DNA of 49,526 nt from Bacteroidales bacterium (GTDB lineage Bacteria; Bacteroidota; Bacteroidia; Bacteroidales; UBA7960), in the NCBI GenBank assembly GCA_003556325.1, contig PWRF01000302.1:1-49526 (forward strand), written 5' to 3'. Positions 41,439-49,526 of this stretch are shown here, in pieces. The first letter of the stretch is position 1, and each line of letters starts with the position of its first letter. Below the pieces are notes generated by a model. It had not been told where the DNA came from and made no database searches. It was given only the letters and a program-made list of their open reading frames with translations. Made by a program: the position numbers and the translations under genes.

Positions 41439-42392
41439 ATGGAAATAAAAAAAGTACATATCCCAAACGCGCGACTGGTTGAGGGGCGCAGCTATCCTTT
41501 CCGCATCCTTAAGATCGTGTCTTTGGGGCCCGGAGAGGATTGGTTTGTGATGCAGGACCCCAACGGGTATAAAATTCTTGTGCCCGAAAATTTCTACAGG
41601 CAGTACGGTTTTAAGCCCGGTCAGACCCTTATGTGCAGGGTGGATAAGATCAACTGCAACGGCCGGATGTTTCTTGAACCCGAACATCCTCATTATAAAG
41701 AGGGTGAAACGTATGATTTTGAGCTGGTTTCCAAGGGTCGTCGGAAAAACATCATTAACCAGGATGAACGCTATTTTATTGTACGGGATGTATTCAGCAA
41801 CGAATGGAAAGTACGAACCTATGACCGGATGCTTTGGGAAGATCCCCCGTTTCGTATTCCTTGCAAAGTAAGGCGAATTAAAAAGGGTAAGCTGTTTCTG
41901 ATCATTGCCGGGGAAGAGGTCAGGCACCCCGATCTTAAGCCCGGGCAGATTTATCCTTTTACTATTGTTGATGAAACCATAAATCCTGACGACGGCCATA
42001 GCTATTATATTCTTGAAGATGTAACCGGCAGCAAGCACCTGTTGCGGAAAAAGTATTATATGCATTACGGGTTCAGGAAAGGACAGCGCATAGACTGCAG
42101 GGTAGATAAATTTGCCTCTGAAGGATTTTATTTGCTTGAGCCGATGCATCCCTGCTACGAAACCGGCAACATATACCGCCTCCCTGTCGAAAGGGTAGAG
42201 GAGTTGGTTTTTACTGACGGGTTTACACAGAAAGTCCTGGTCTTGACGGATTGTTTCGGAGAAGAAGTTAAGGTCTTTTCAGACGATAAGGTAGCAGCTT
42301 ACCTTTTGAATAAAGGCTCTGTCGAAGCCCGGGTGTCGCGCATCCGGAAAAGCAGGCTCGAGCTGGAGATAGATGTCTCCGGTTTTGAATAA
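41439..42392 (+). CDS. hypothetical protein with internally duplicated S1/OB-like beta modules
   Basis: 317 aa. The two halves share YPF, YGFxxGQxxxCRVDK and LEPxHPxY. Confidence 0.78.
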   Translation: MEIKKVHIPNARLVEGRSYPFRILKIVSLGPGEDWFVMQDPNGYKILVPENFYRQYGFKPGQTLMCRVDKINCNGRMFLEPEHPHYKEGETYDFELVSKGRRKNIINQDERYFIVRDVFSNEWKVRTYDRMLWEDPPFRIPCKVRRIKKGKLFLIIAGEEVRHPDLKPGQIYPFTIVDETINPDDGHSYYILEDVTGSKHLLRKKYYMHYGFRKGQRIDCRVDKFASEGFYLLEPMHPCYETGNIYRLPVERVEELVFTDGFTQKVLVLTDCFGEEVKVFSDDKVAAYLLNKGSVEARVSRIRKSRLELEIDVSGFE

Positions 42393-42405
42393 AGCAGGCT
42401 TCGTG

Positions 42406-42696
42406 CTATCTGAAGGTCACTTCCTTAATGACCTCTTCGCCGAGTTCTTTGTTGATCATAAGGATGATTTTACTCCTGGCGTATTCCAGCTCGTTGCGCA
42501 TTACTGATGAACGAAGATGAACCGTTAATATGTTCCTTTTTACGGAAACAGACTCGGTATACCGTGCAATGTGCACTCCCATAACCTTTTCCCAGGCCGC
42601 CATGATGCGTGTCCCGGTTATTTTATCCTCCAGGCGGTTGCTTTTGAGGACATCCTTAATTAGTTCTCCGATATGTCGCGAATTGGATCGTGTCAT
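42406..42696 (-). CDS. DciA/DUF721 family protein
   Basis: AWEKVMGVHIARYT, SSVMRNEL and INKELG motifs; directly downstream of recF. Confidence 0.87.
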   Translation of the reverse strand: MTRSNSRHIGELIKDVLKSNRLEDKITGTRIMAAWEKVMGVHIARYTESVSVKRNILTVHLRSSVMRNELEYARSKIILMINKELGEEVIKEVTFR

Positions 42697-42710
42697 GATG
42701 AAGGCTTTTA

Positions 42711-43838
42711 TCAGGATGACTGATTAAGTATTTTCGTGCGGGCAACTTTTCCCTGGTCTATTTCAAAAAGCTTGCATTCCGAAGGGATGCTTTCAAACAG
42801 CTCTTCAAGCCTTCGGGGATGCGTGTCGGTCACAAATACCTGTCCGAAATCTTCCCGGCTTACCATTTGCATGAGTTGTCTTACTCTTGTTTCGTCGAGT
42901 TTGTCAAAAATATCATCAAAAAGAAGGATGGGGTTAAGTCCTTTTACCTTTTTGGTAAAGACGAACTGGGCCAGTCGAAGTGCTATGATAAAAGACTTTT
43001 GCTGTCCCTGGCTTCCGAATTTTTTTACGGGTTCTTTGTGGATAAGGAAAGAAAGATCGTCTTTATGGACCCCCACGGTGGTATACTGTGCAATACGGTC
43101 TTTATCAAGTGCATCTTCCAGCAAGTGCCGCATATCTTTATCGTGCTGGTTTGCCTCATAGGTGATGTCTGTCAGCTCGTTCTGCTGGCTAAGGAATGCG
43201 TAATACTCCCTGAAAACCGGCAGGAAAGAAGTAAAGAACTGCAGCCGTTCGCCGTATATGTAGTTGCCGTTTTCCACCAGCTGTTCATCCCATATGGCCA
43301 GCGCTTCCCTGTCGAAACGCCGTTTTTCCGCAAAGATCTTCAGCAGGGCATTTCGCTGCTGCAATGCCCTGTTGTAGGCAATGAGTTTATGCAGGTATTC
43401 TTTGTTGTATTGCGAGATAACGCCATCCACAAACTTGCGACGCTCCTCACTGCCGCCAAGTATCAGCCGGCTGTCGGAGGGGCTTAGCAAAACAAGAGGG
43501 TAGGAGCCGATGTGATCAGACAGCCGGTCATACTCTTTTTTGTTTCTTTTGAATATTTTCCTTTGTCCGCGTTTGAGGCCGCAATACACGCTGTCGGTCT
43601 TTCCGTTTATGCGGTAGTCTCCTTGTATAACAAAGAAGTCTTTGTCGAATGCGATGTTTTGAACATCAACTGGGTTGGTGAAGCTTTTGCAGAAGGAGAG
43701 GTAATATATGGCATCCAGCAGGTTTGTTTTGCCGGCCCCGTTATGACCGGCAAAACAATTGAACTTTGGCGACAGGTCCACCACCAGGTCCTGGAGGTTT
43801 TTGAACTGCACCACGCTAAGCTGCTGGCAATACATCAT
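42711..43838 (-). CDS. recF: DNA replication/repair protein RecF
   Basis: GHNGAGKTNLLDAI, RRKFVD, QRNALLK, GSQGQQKS and LLFDD motifs. Confidence 0.95.
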   Translation of the reverse strand: MMYCQQLSVVQFKNLQDLVVDLSPKFNCFAGHNGAGKTNLLDAIYYLSFCKSFTNPVDVQNIAFDKDFFVIQGDYRINGKTDSVYCGLKRGQRKIFKRNKKEYDRLSDHIGSYPLVLLSPSDSRLILGGSEERRKFVDGVISQYNKEYLHKLIAYNRALQQRNALLKIFAEKRRFDREALAIWDEQLVENGNYIYGERLQFFTSFLPVFREYYAFLSQQNELTDITYEANQHDKDMRHLLEDALDKDRIAQYTTVGVHKDDLSFLIHKEPVKKFGSQGQQKSFIIALRLAQFVFTKKVKGLNPILLFDDIFDKLDETRVRQLMQMVSREDFGQVFVTDTHPRRLEELFESIPSECKLFEIDQGKVARTKILNQSS

Positions 43839-43864
43839 GATGATATCGTTGTTTGCCCGGAGGC

Positions 43865-44611
43865 TTATTTATTCATACCGCCGCAGACGGTAAATACCTG
43901 CCCGGTGACATAGGAGGACATGTCTGAAGCCAGGAATATGGCCATGTTGGCAACGTCTTCCGGCTGGCCGGCACGTTTTAGCGGTATCTGTTCGGCCCAC
44001 TGCTTCTTCACATCTTCCGGCAACCTTGCGGTCATCTCTGTTTCGATGAAACCCGGTGCAATGGCGTTCACGCGCACGTTGCGTGCGCCTATTTCCTGTG
44101 CGACAGACTTGGTAAATCCGATCATACCTGCCTTTGAAGCAGCGTAATTGGCCTGACCCGCATTCCCGCCAATACCTACCACCGAGCTCATGTTGATGAT
44201 GCTTCCCTGGCGCTGTTTCAGCATGTAGCGCTGGGCAGCCTTGGTGAGGTTGAAAGCGGATTTGAGATTGATGCGGAGCACATCATCCCACATCTCTTCC
44301 GTCATGCGCATGATCAGCGTATCGCGGGTTATCCCGGCGTTGTTAACCAGGATGTCGATGCTGCCGAATTCATTTACCACCTCTTTAACCAGGTGCTCGC
44401 TATCGGCAAAACTACTGGCATCAGAAGCATATCCTTTGGCCTTTACGCCATAGGAAGCAAGTTCCTTTTCCAGGTCTTTAGTCTGGTCATCGTATGCCAG
44501 GTCAGAAAACGCCACATTCGCACCGGTTTCGGCAAATGCAATGGCGATAGCTTTACCTATCCCGCGGGATCCGCCCGTAACAAGGGCTGTTTTTCCTTCA
44601 AGAATTTTCAT
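43865..44611 (-). CDS. fabG: 3-oxoacyl-ACP reductase
   Basis: TGGSRGIG, NNAGITRD, GNAGQANYAASK and APGFIETEMT motifs. Confidence 0.93.
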   Translation of the reverse strand: MKILEGKTALVTGGSRGIGKAIAIAFAETGANVAFSDLAYDDQTKDLEKELASYGVKAKGYASDASSFADSEHLVKEVVNEFGSIDILVNNAGITRDTLIMRMTEEMWDDVLRINLKSAFNLTKAAQRYMLKQRQGSIINMSSVVGIGGNAGQANYAASKAGMIGFTKSVAQEIGARNVRVNAIAPGFIETEMTARLPEDVKKQWAEQIPLKRAGQPEDVANMAIFLASDMSSYVTGQVFTVCGGMNK

Positions 44612-44803
44612 TTCATTTGTTTTGGTGATACAATATTATCTTGCAATTTAATATAGATTTTGACAAAGGACCCGGGCAATCTCAATCAGTCCAGGTCTGT
44701 CCGGACAGCCCAAGTGCTGTAAACTGAGGTGGAATACCGAATTGTTTCGCTTTCGGGACTTCGCTGCTGACAGCCTCAAACTCCAAACACCTGTCCGTAT
44801 GGA

Positions 44804-44841
44804 TAAAACCATTGCCCGGCCTGTAAACAGACTGGGCAATG
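44804..44841 (-). terminator. hairpin after the glycogen synthase-phosphorylase gene (probable terminator)
   Basis: Minus strand reads CATTGCCCAGTCTGT-TT-ACAGGCCGGGCAATG then GTTTT, 30 bp after the stop codon. Confidence 0.6.
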
Positions 44842-44870
44842 AAGTTACAAACTTATCAGCAAAAACCCAA

Positions 44871-47800
44871 TTAAATCCATTTGATCAGGTTAAAGTCCTG
44901 GCGGTGGGCAAGTTCAGAGTGCTTGGGAAACACACGGAATGCGTAATTGAAGTCACCGGTGCGTTGTGCCGGGACCTCGGATTTAAACGTAACCTGTCCC
45001 TTTTCGCTTTTTACCTTTTCCATCTCGTAAACAGATACCATCTCGCGGTCGCCTCCTGGCCATTTTTGGGCAAAGACGACTTCGACACCAAAATCGGAAT
45101 CCTTTATGTCCTGCACCTCCAGTGTTAACTCAGCCAGGAAGAGGTCGCCCAGCTTCAGTTTCTTGCCAGAGTTGCTCAGCAGTTTTTTATCCACGACCTG
45201 GATGCTATCCCAGGCACGCAGCACCTTGTTTTTCCAGTGGACCATCGCCCGGGCCGTTTTGAAATCGTCGCGGTGGAATTTCTCTGAGGAGCCAAATAAT
45301 GCATTATAGTATTGATTGAAGTAGTCGTCCATCATTCGCTTGTTGGTATAATGCGGTGCTATGCGGGCGATGTTGTTCTTTATCCATCTGACCCATTCTT
45401 CCGGCAGGCCTTTCTCATTACGATCATAAAACATCGGGGCGATCTCGGTTTCCAGGGTGCTGTAAAGCATTTCAGCATCCAGCTCGTTCTGGAACTCCTG
45501 GTTTTCGAAAGTCTTCTCTTCTTTAAGCTGCCAGCCGGCTTCTTCCACATAGCCTTCAGCCCACCATCCATCGAGAACACTGAAATTCATCACACCATTC
45601 AACACTGCTTTTTGCCCGCTTGTACCCGATGCTTCCTGCGGCCTGGTGGGTGTATTCAGCCAGATGTCGACACCTTTGACCAGTTCCCGGCCCAGTTCCA
45701 TGTCGTAATCTTCCAGGAAGATGATCTTTCCCAGGAATTCTTTCCTGCGGCTTATCTCCAGGATATGTTTGATCAGTTCCTGTCCGGCTTTATCGGCAGG
45801 GTGTGCTTTCCCGGCATATATGAACTGCACCGGCCTCTCGGGGTCGTTCACAATGCGTGAAAGACGCTCCAGGTCGTTAAAAAGCAGATGGGCCCGCTTG
45901 TACGTAGCAAAGCGGCGGGCAAAGCCTATGGTCAGCGCTTTGTCGTCTACCGCATCCATCAGCTGATAGATCTTGCGCGGGGTTTCCTGGCGGCGCGAGA
46001 GGTTTTGCAGCATCCTGCGTTCGATGTACTGCAGGAGGTTCTTCCTGTTTTTGTTTCGCAGATCCCAGATCTGTTTGTCCGGTAAGTCATATATCTTCTC
46101 CCATATACGGGGGCTGCTGATGTCTTTCAGGAAATCGTTGCCAAAGGTTTTGCGGTACAATTCCTGCCAGTCTCCGGCTGTCCAGCTTCCGTAATGCACC
46201 CCGTTGGTTACATGGCCAATATGGATTTCCTGCGGGAAATAGCCCGGATAGAGGTCTTTGAACATGTCCCGGGACACTTTGCCATGAATGAGGCTCACGC
46301 CGTTTACATGGCGCGCCAGTTTGGCTGCAAGGACGCTCATGGAATAATCTTCGTCGGGATTTTGCGGGTTCATTTTTCCGAGTCCCATAAAAGACTCCCA
46401 GCTTATACCCAACCGGTCGGCATAATGCGGCATGTAGGTACGCAGCATGTCTTCGCTGAAAAAGTCGTGTCCTGCCGGAACAGGGGTGTGTGTAGTAAAC
46501 AGGCTGCTGGCACGAACAACCTCCACGGCTTCGTGGAAACTGAGCTTGTCATCCTGCACGTACTTGCGCAGACGTTCGAGGCCGGTAAAAGCTGCGTGTC
46601 CCTCATTGCAATGATAGACATCCGGCTTAAGGCCAAGAGCATCAAGGAGCCTGATCCCCCCGATACCCAGCAAAAACTCCTGCTTGAAACGGTTTTCCCA
46701 GTCGCCGCCATAGAGCTGATGGGTTACAAACCTGTCTACAGATTGGTTTTCGGAGATGTCGGTGTCCAGCAGGTAAAGAGGTACCCTTCCTACATCTATG
46801 CGCCATACGCGGGCATGCAGGGTGCGGCCGGGGAATCCAATGCTGATCTTCACGCGGTTGCCATCTTTGTCGCGGACGGGTTTAGCAAACATTTTTGCAA
46901 AATCATGAGGGTGATAGGTGTCCAGCTGCTCGCCGTGCACAGAGAGGCTTTGTGTAAAGTAGCCGTAACGGTAAAGCAAACCGATGCCCACCATATCTGC
47001 ATTATCGTCACTCGCTTGCTTCAGAAAGTCTCCGGCCAGTACGCCAAGGCCTCCGGAGTAGATCTTGATGTTTTCATTTAAGCCATATTCCATGGAGAAA
47101 TAGGCAATCTGCCTGGTTTTCTTTTGCCTGCCTTCTTGCATGTATGTGTTGAATTTCTTCTCCACTTCGGCATATTTCTTCATGAAGGCCTGATCTTCTG
47201 TCAGGCGGTCATATTCCTCCATTGACAATGCATCCAGCAGCTCTACCGGGTTTTTATTGCTTGTCTCCCATAGTTCCGGATTGATACCCTGGAAGAGCCT
47301 TCGGGCATCGTCGTTCCAGGTCCACCATATGTTTTTTGCCATCTCAGGCAGAGCTTTCAGGGATTCCGGGACACTGATCCCGACACTTATCTTTTTCCAT
47401 TTTGGTCTCATACTTTCAACTGGCGGCATAGTTACACTTCTTATGGGTTGTTTCTTGTCTTTGTACTGATGATATCGTTCTCCGGCCGATTTCAGGGCTG
47501 TATTAAAGGATTCCCTGTAAAAACCGAATTGCTGATCCCATACCACGGTTTGTGCGATCTCTTTTGTCTGGGCACGGGCCGGGATCATATTTTTATGGCA
47601 GTGCGGGGCAGCATGTTCTTCCTCCCCGGTGTAGCCGTCTTTTGCGGCATGATCTATCCATTTAGCAATAATATCTGTCATTTCAGCAACAGGCGCTTCG
47701 CCTTCCTCATCGCTGCGCCTGATCAGTTTCAGTGCTTCTTCGCTTTTCAGATCCTGTTCACCGACCCACTTGCCAAAGCCTGAAAGGCTGGTGGAAACAC

Positions 47801-49160
47801 TGGGCACTTGCATCACAATGCTTTCCATCGGGGTATATCCCCAAGGTTCATAATAGGAAGGAAATACCGTGGCGTCAAAGCCGGTAAGCAGGTCAAAATA
47901 GTTCATCTGGTAAATGCCGTCATCGCCGTTCAGGTAGGCCGGCGTAAAGATTACCTTTACCTTGTCTTCAGGTTTGTTGTGCAGGCCGGCCTGGTGAAGG
48001 CGCTGCATAACAGCGTCATTCGAGGGATCCGCAAGAACGTGTGTAAGGTGTTCGTTACTTATGGGTTTTTTAAAACCGGGGTTTTGTATCCTGGCCGGCA
48101 ATTCCTTTCTGAATCCGGTCTGATGGCCTGGCACCATGATAAATGCCAACAAGGGCTTTTTCAGATCCTTTTGGTTCAGTCTTCCCAATGCGTCGATGAA
48201 GATGTCGATGCCTTTGTTACGAAATTCATAACGGCCGCTGTGGCCGACCAGGAAACTTTCTTCCGGAAATTTCTGCTGCAGCAGGCCCCGCGCTACGTCC
48301 AGGAGGCGTTTCTTCGCAGCCTTCCTTTTTTGGCCCAGTTCTTCATCGGCAATCAGCATCTCGCGACTGATGCCATTAGGTGTGACCACCTGCGGTTTCT
48401 TACCGATCGCTTTTTCACATTCGTCGGCGGTACCTTGCGAGACCGTGGTAAACACGTCGGCATTCCCTGCAGCTACCTTTTCCAGGCTGTATTTGGACAA
48501 TACACCCAGTTCGTTGGCTTTTGACTCTGCATCAAGGGTATCAAGCTGCTGATAAAGATTCTGGCCGTTTCCGGCTATGGCGCGACCCACAACGGTTGCG
48601 TGGGTGGTGAATATCGTCCCGGCCTGGGGTACGCGGTCTTTCAGGTACAATACACCCGTGCCTGTCATCCACTCATGAAAATGGGCAACCAGCTTGTCGT
48701 GAGCTGTCAGATGAAAATCGTAAAAGTTTTCGATTACCTGTCCGGCAGCATAGCCAAACATGGCAGGTTCGGTATAGTCCCACTGGCCGCTTAAGGAGTT
48801 CAAACCAAACTTCAGCCAGTAATCGGAAAAGATATCGTCTTTTTTGCCAAACAGCGGGGTGAAGTCTACCAGGATGGCGATTGGATTGCCGGGAACCTGC
48901 CAGCGCCCCAGGCGAACATGGATATTCTTTTGGGCGGCGTGTTCCCGCCAGGCCCTGAAGAGTTCAGGGTCTTCCTCAAATTCCGGGTTTTGATGTGTTT
49001 CCTTCCACACGTCCGGCCCGATACAGATGTAATTGTCTTTCTGCTCCGCTGCCAGGATGGGTGCCTTAGTGCTGATCACGGTATGGATACCTCCGATCTT
49101 GTTGGCTACCTCCCAGCTTACCTCAAAAATATAATCCGGGTTCAAATGCTCTTCTTTCAT
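44871..49160 (-). CDS. glgP: fused glycogen synthase (GT3) / alpha-glucan phosphorylase (GT35)
   Basis: N-half: EVANKIGGI, GRYEFRNKG, FPSYYEPWGYTPMES. C-half: YFSMEYG, YSGGLG, NEGH, ARRFATYKR, EASGTSGQK (PLP Lys). One continuous 1429-aa frame. Confidence 0.93.
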   Translation of the reverse strand: MKEEHLNPDYIFEVSWEVANKIGGIHTVISTKAPILAAEQKDNYICIGPDVWKETHQNPEFEEDPELFRAWREHAAQKNIHVRLGRWQVPGNPIAILVDFTPLFGKKDDIFSDYWLKFGLNSLSGQWDYTEPAMFGYAAGQVIENFYDFHLTAHDKLVAHFHEWMTGTGVLYLKDRVPQAGTIFTTHATVVGRAIAGNGQNLYQQLDTLDAESKANELGVLSKYSLEKVAAGNADVFTTVSQGTADECEKAIGKKPQVVTPNGISREMLIADEELGQKRKAAKKRLLDVARGLLQQKFPEESFLVGHSGRYEFRNKGIDIFIDALGRLNQKDLKKPLLAFIMVPGHQTGFRKELPARIQNPGFKKPISNEHLTHVLADPSNDAVMQRLHQAGLHNKPEDKVKVIFTPAYLNGDDGIYQMNYFDLLTGFDATVFPSYYEPWGYTPMESIVMQVPSVSTSLSGFGKWVGEQDLKSEEALKLIRRSDEEGEAPVAEMTDIIAKWIDHAAKDGYTGEEEHAAPHCHKNMIPARAQTKEIAQTVVWDQQFGFYRESFNTALKSAGERYHQYKDKKQPIRSVTMPPVESMRPKWKKISVGISVPESLKALPEMAKNIWWTWNDDARRLFQGINPELWETSNKNPVELLDALSMEEYDRLTEDQAFMKKYAEVEKKFNTYMQEGRQKKTRQIAYFSMEYGLNENIKIYSGGLGVLAGDFLKQASDDNADMVGIGLLYRYGYFTQSLSVHGEQLDTYHPHDFAKMFAKPVRDKDGNRVKISIGFPGRTLHARVWRIDVGRVPLYLLDTDISENQSVDRFVTHQLYGGDWENRFKQEFLLGIGGIRLLDALGLKPDVYHCNEGHAAFTGLERLRKYVQDDKLSFHEAVEVVRASSLFTTHTPVPAGHDFFSEDMLRTYMPHYADRLGISWESFMGLGKMNPQNPDEDYSMSVLAAKLARHVNGVSLIHGKVSRDMFKDLYPGYFPQEIHIGHVTNGVHYGSWTAGDWQELYRKTFGNDFLKDISSPRIWEKIYDLPDKQIWDLRNKNRKNLLQYIERRMLQNLSRRQETPRKIYQLMDAVDDKALTIGFARRFATYKRAHLLFNDLERLSRIVNDPERPVQFIYAGKAHPADKAGQELIKHILEISRRKEFLGKIIFLEDYDMELGRELVKGVDIWLNTPTRPQEASGTSGQKAVLNGVMNFSVLDGWWAEGYVEEAGWQLKEEKTFENQEFQNELDAEMLYSTLETEIAPMFYDRNEKGLPEEWVRWIKNNIARIAPHYTNKRMMDDYFNQYYNALFGSSEKFHRDDFKTARAMVHWKNKVLRAWDSIQVVDKKLLSNSGKKLKLGDLFLAELTLEVQDIKDSDFGVEVVFAQKWPGGDREMVSVYEMEKVKSEKGQVTFKSEVPAQRTGDFNYAFRVFPKHSELAHRQDFNLIKWI

Positions 49161-49265
49161 AAATCGTTATTATTTTTTAGTCAAAAATGAACGTGAAATT
49201 ACAAAAAAAAATCAATGTGATGACTATAAATCGGATTGTGTTGGTTTTGTGATGTTTAGGTTATG

Positions 49266-49526
49266 TCAAAAGGAGGAAAAGACGAAAAGACAAAAAGACG
49301 AAAAGACAAAAGGACAAAAGGAGGAAATGTTGAAAAGTCGAAAAGTCCGGGTATGCGGAAAGCTTGGCATGGATTGATGGTCTTTGTATTGGGAAGATAG
49401 AATCATGGGAGGGGAAGGAGGAAAAGACAAAAAGACAAAAAGACGAAATGTCAAAAAGTCGAAAAGTCCGGGTATGCGGAAAGCTTGGCATGGATTGATG
49501 GTCTTTGTATTGGGAAGATAGAATCC
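49266..49526 (-). repeat. composite repeat array, locus B (inverted relative to locus A; runs off the window end)
   Basis: 10 octamers (49266-49345), core 49346-49409, 57 bp of octamer-type units, and a second core from 49467 to the window end. Confidence 0.95.

Noticed and set aside
45106-49190. Many long antisense ORFs opposite real genes (here and throughout the window)
   Set aside because: Shadow frames of well-supported genes, with no recognisable motifs.

Overview
Chromosomal window from a Bacteroidota (probably Bacteroidales) genome. The evidence is T9SS porQ and porE-like genes, TAnnTTTG -7 promoter boxes, Gln-initiated mature secreted proteins, and the zapA-6S-rny, purM-prfA-pyrF and nusB-yajC-ybbR-coaE clusters. 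It is mostly housekeeping: about 42 CDS, tRNA-Pro(GGG), 6S RNA and SRP RNA. I see no intact transposase, integrase, prophage, defence operon or CRISPR-Cas locus. The unexplained structure is mainly intergenic: (i) a dispersed composite repeat (64-bp conserved core alternating with ordered octamer arrays) at two loci, (ii) a 3x ~74-bp hairpin array at the porQ 3' end, (iii) MITE/REP-like palindromes, and (iv) an AT-rich islet behind tRNA-Pro. Notable proteins are an active HisKA_2 kinase paired with a paralogue that has lost its catalytic motifs, a GT3 glycogen synthase-GT35 phosphorylase fusion, a four-module S1/OB-like protein behind pncB-pncA, and a lipoprotein serpin. All family calls are from motif recognition by eye; no database searches were run.
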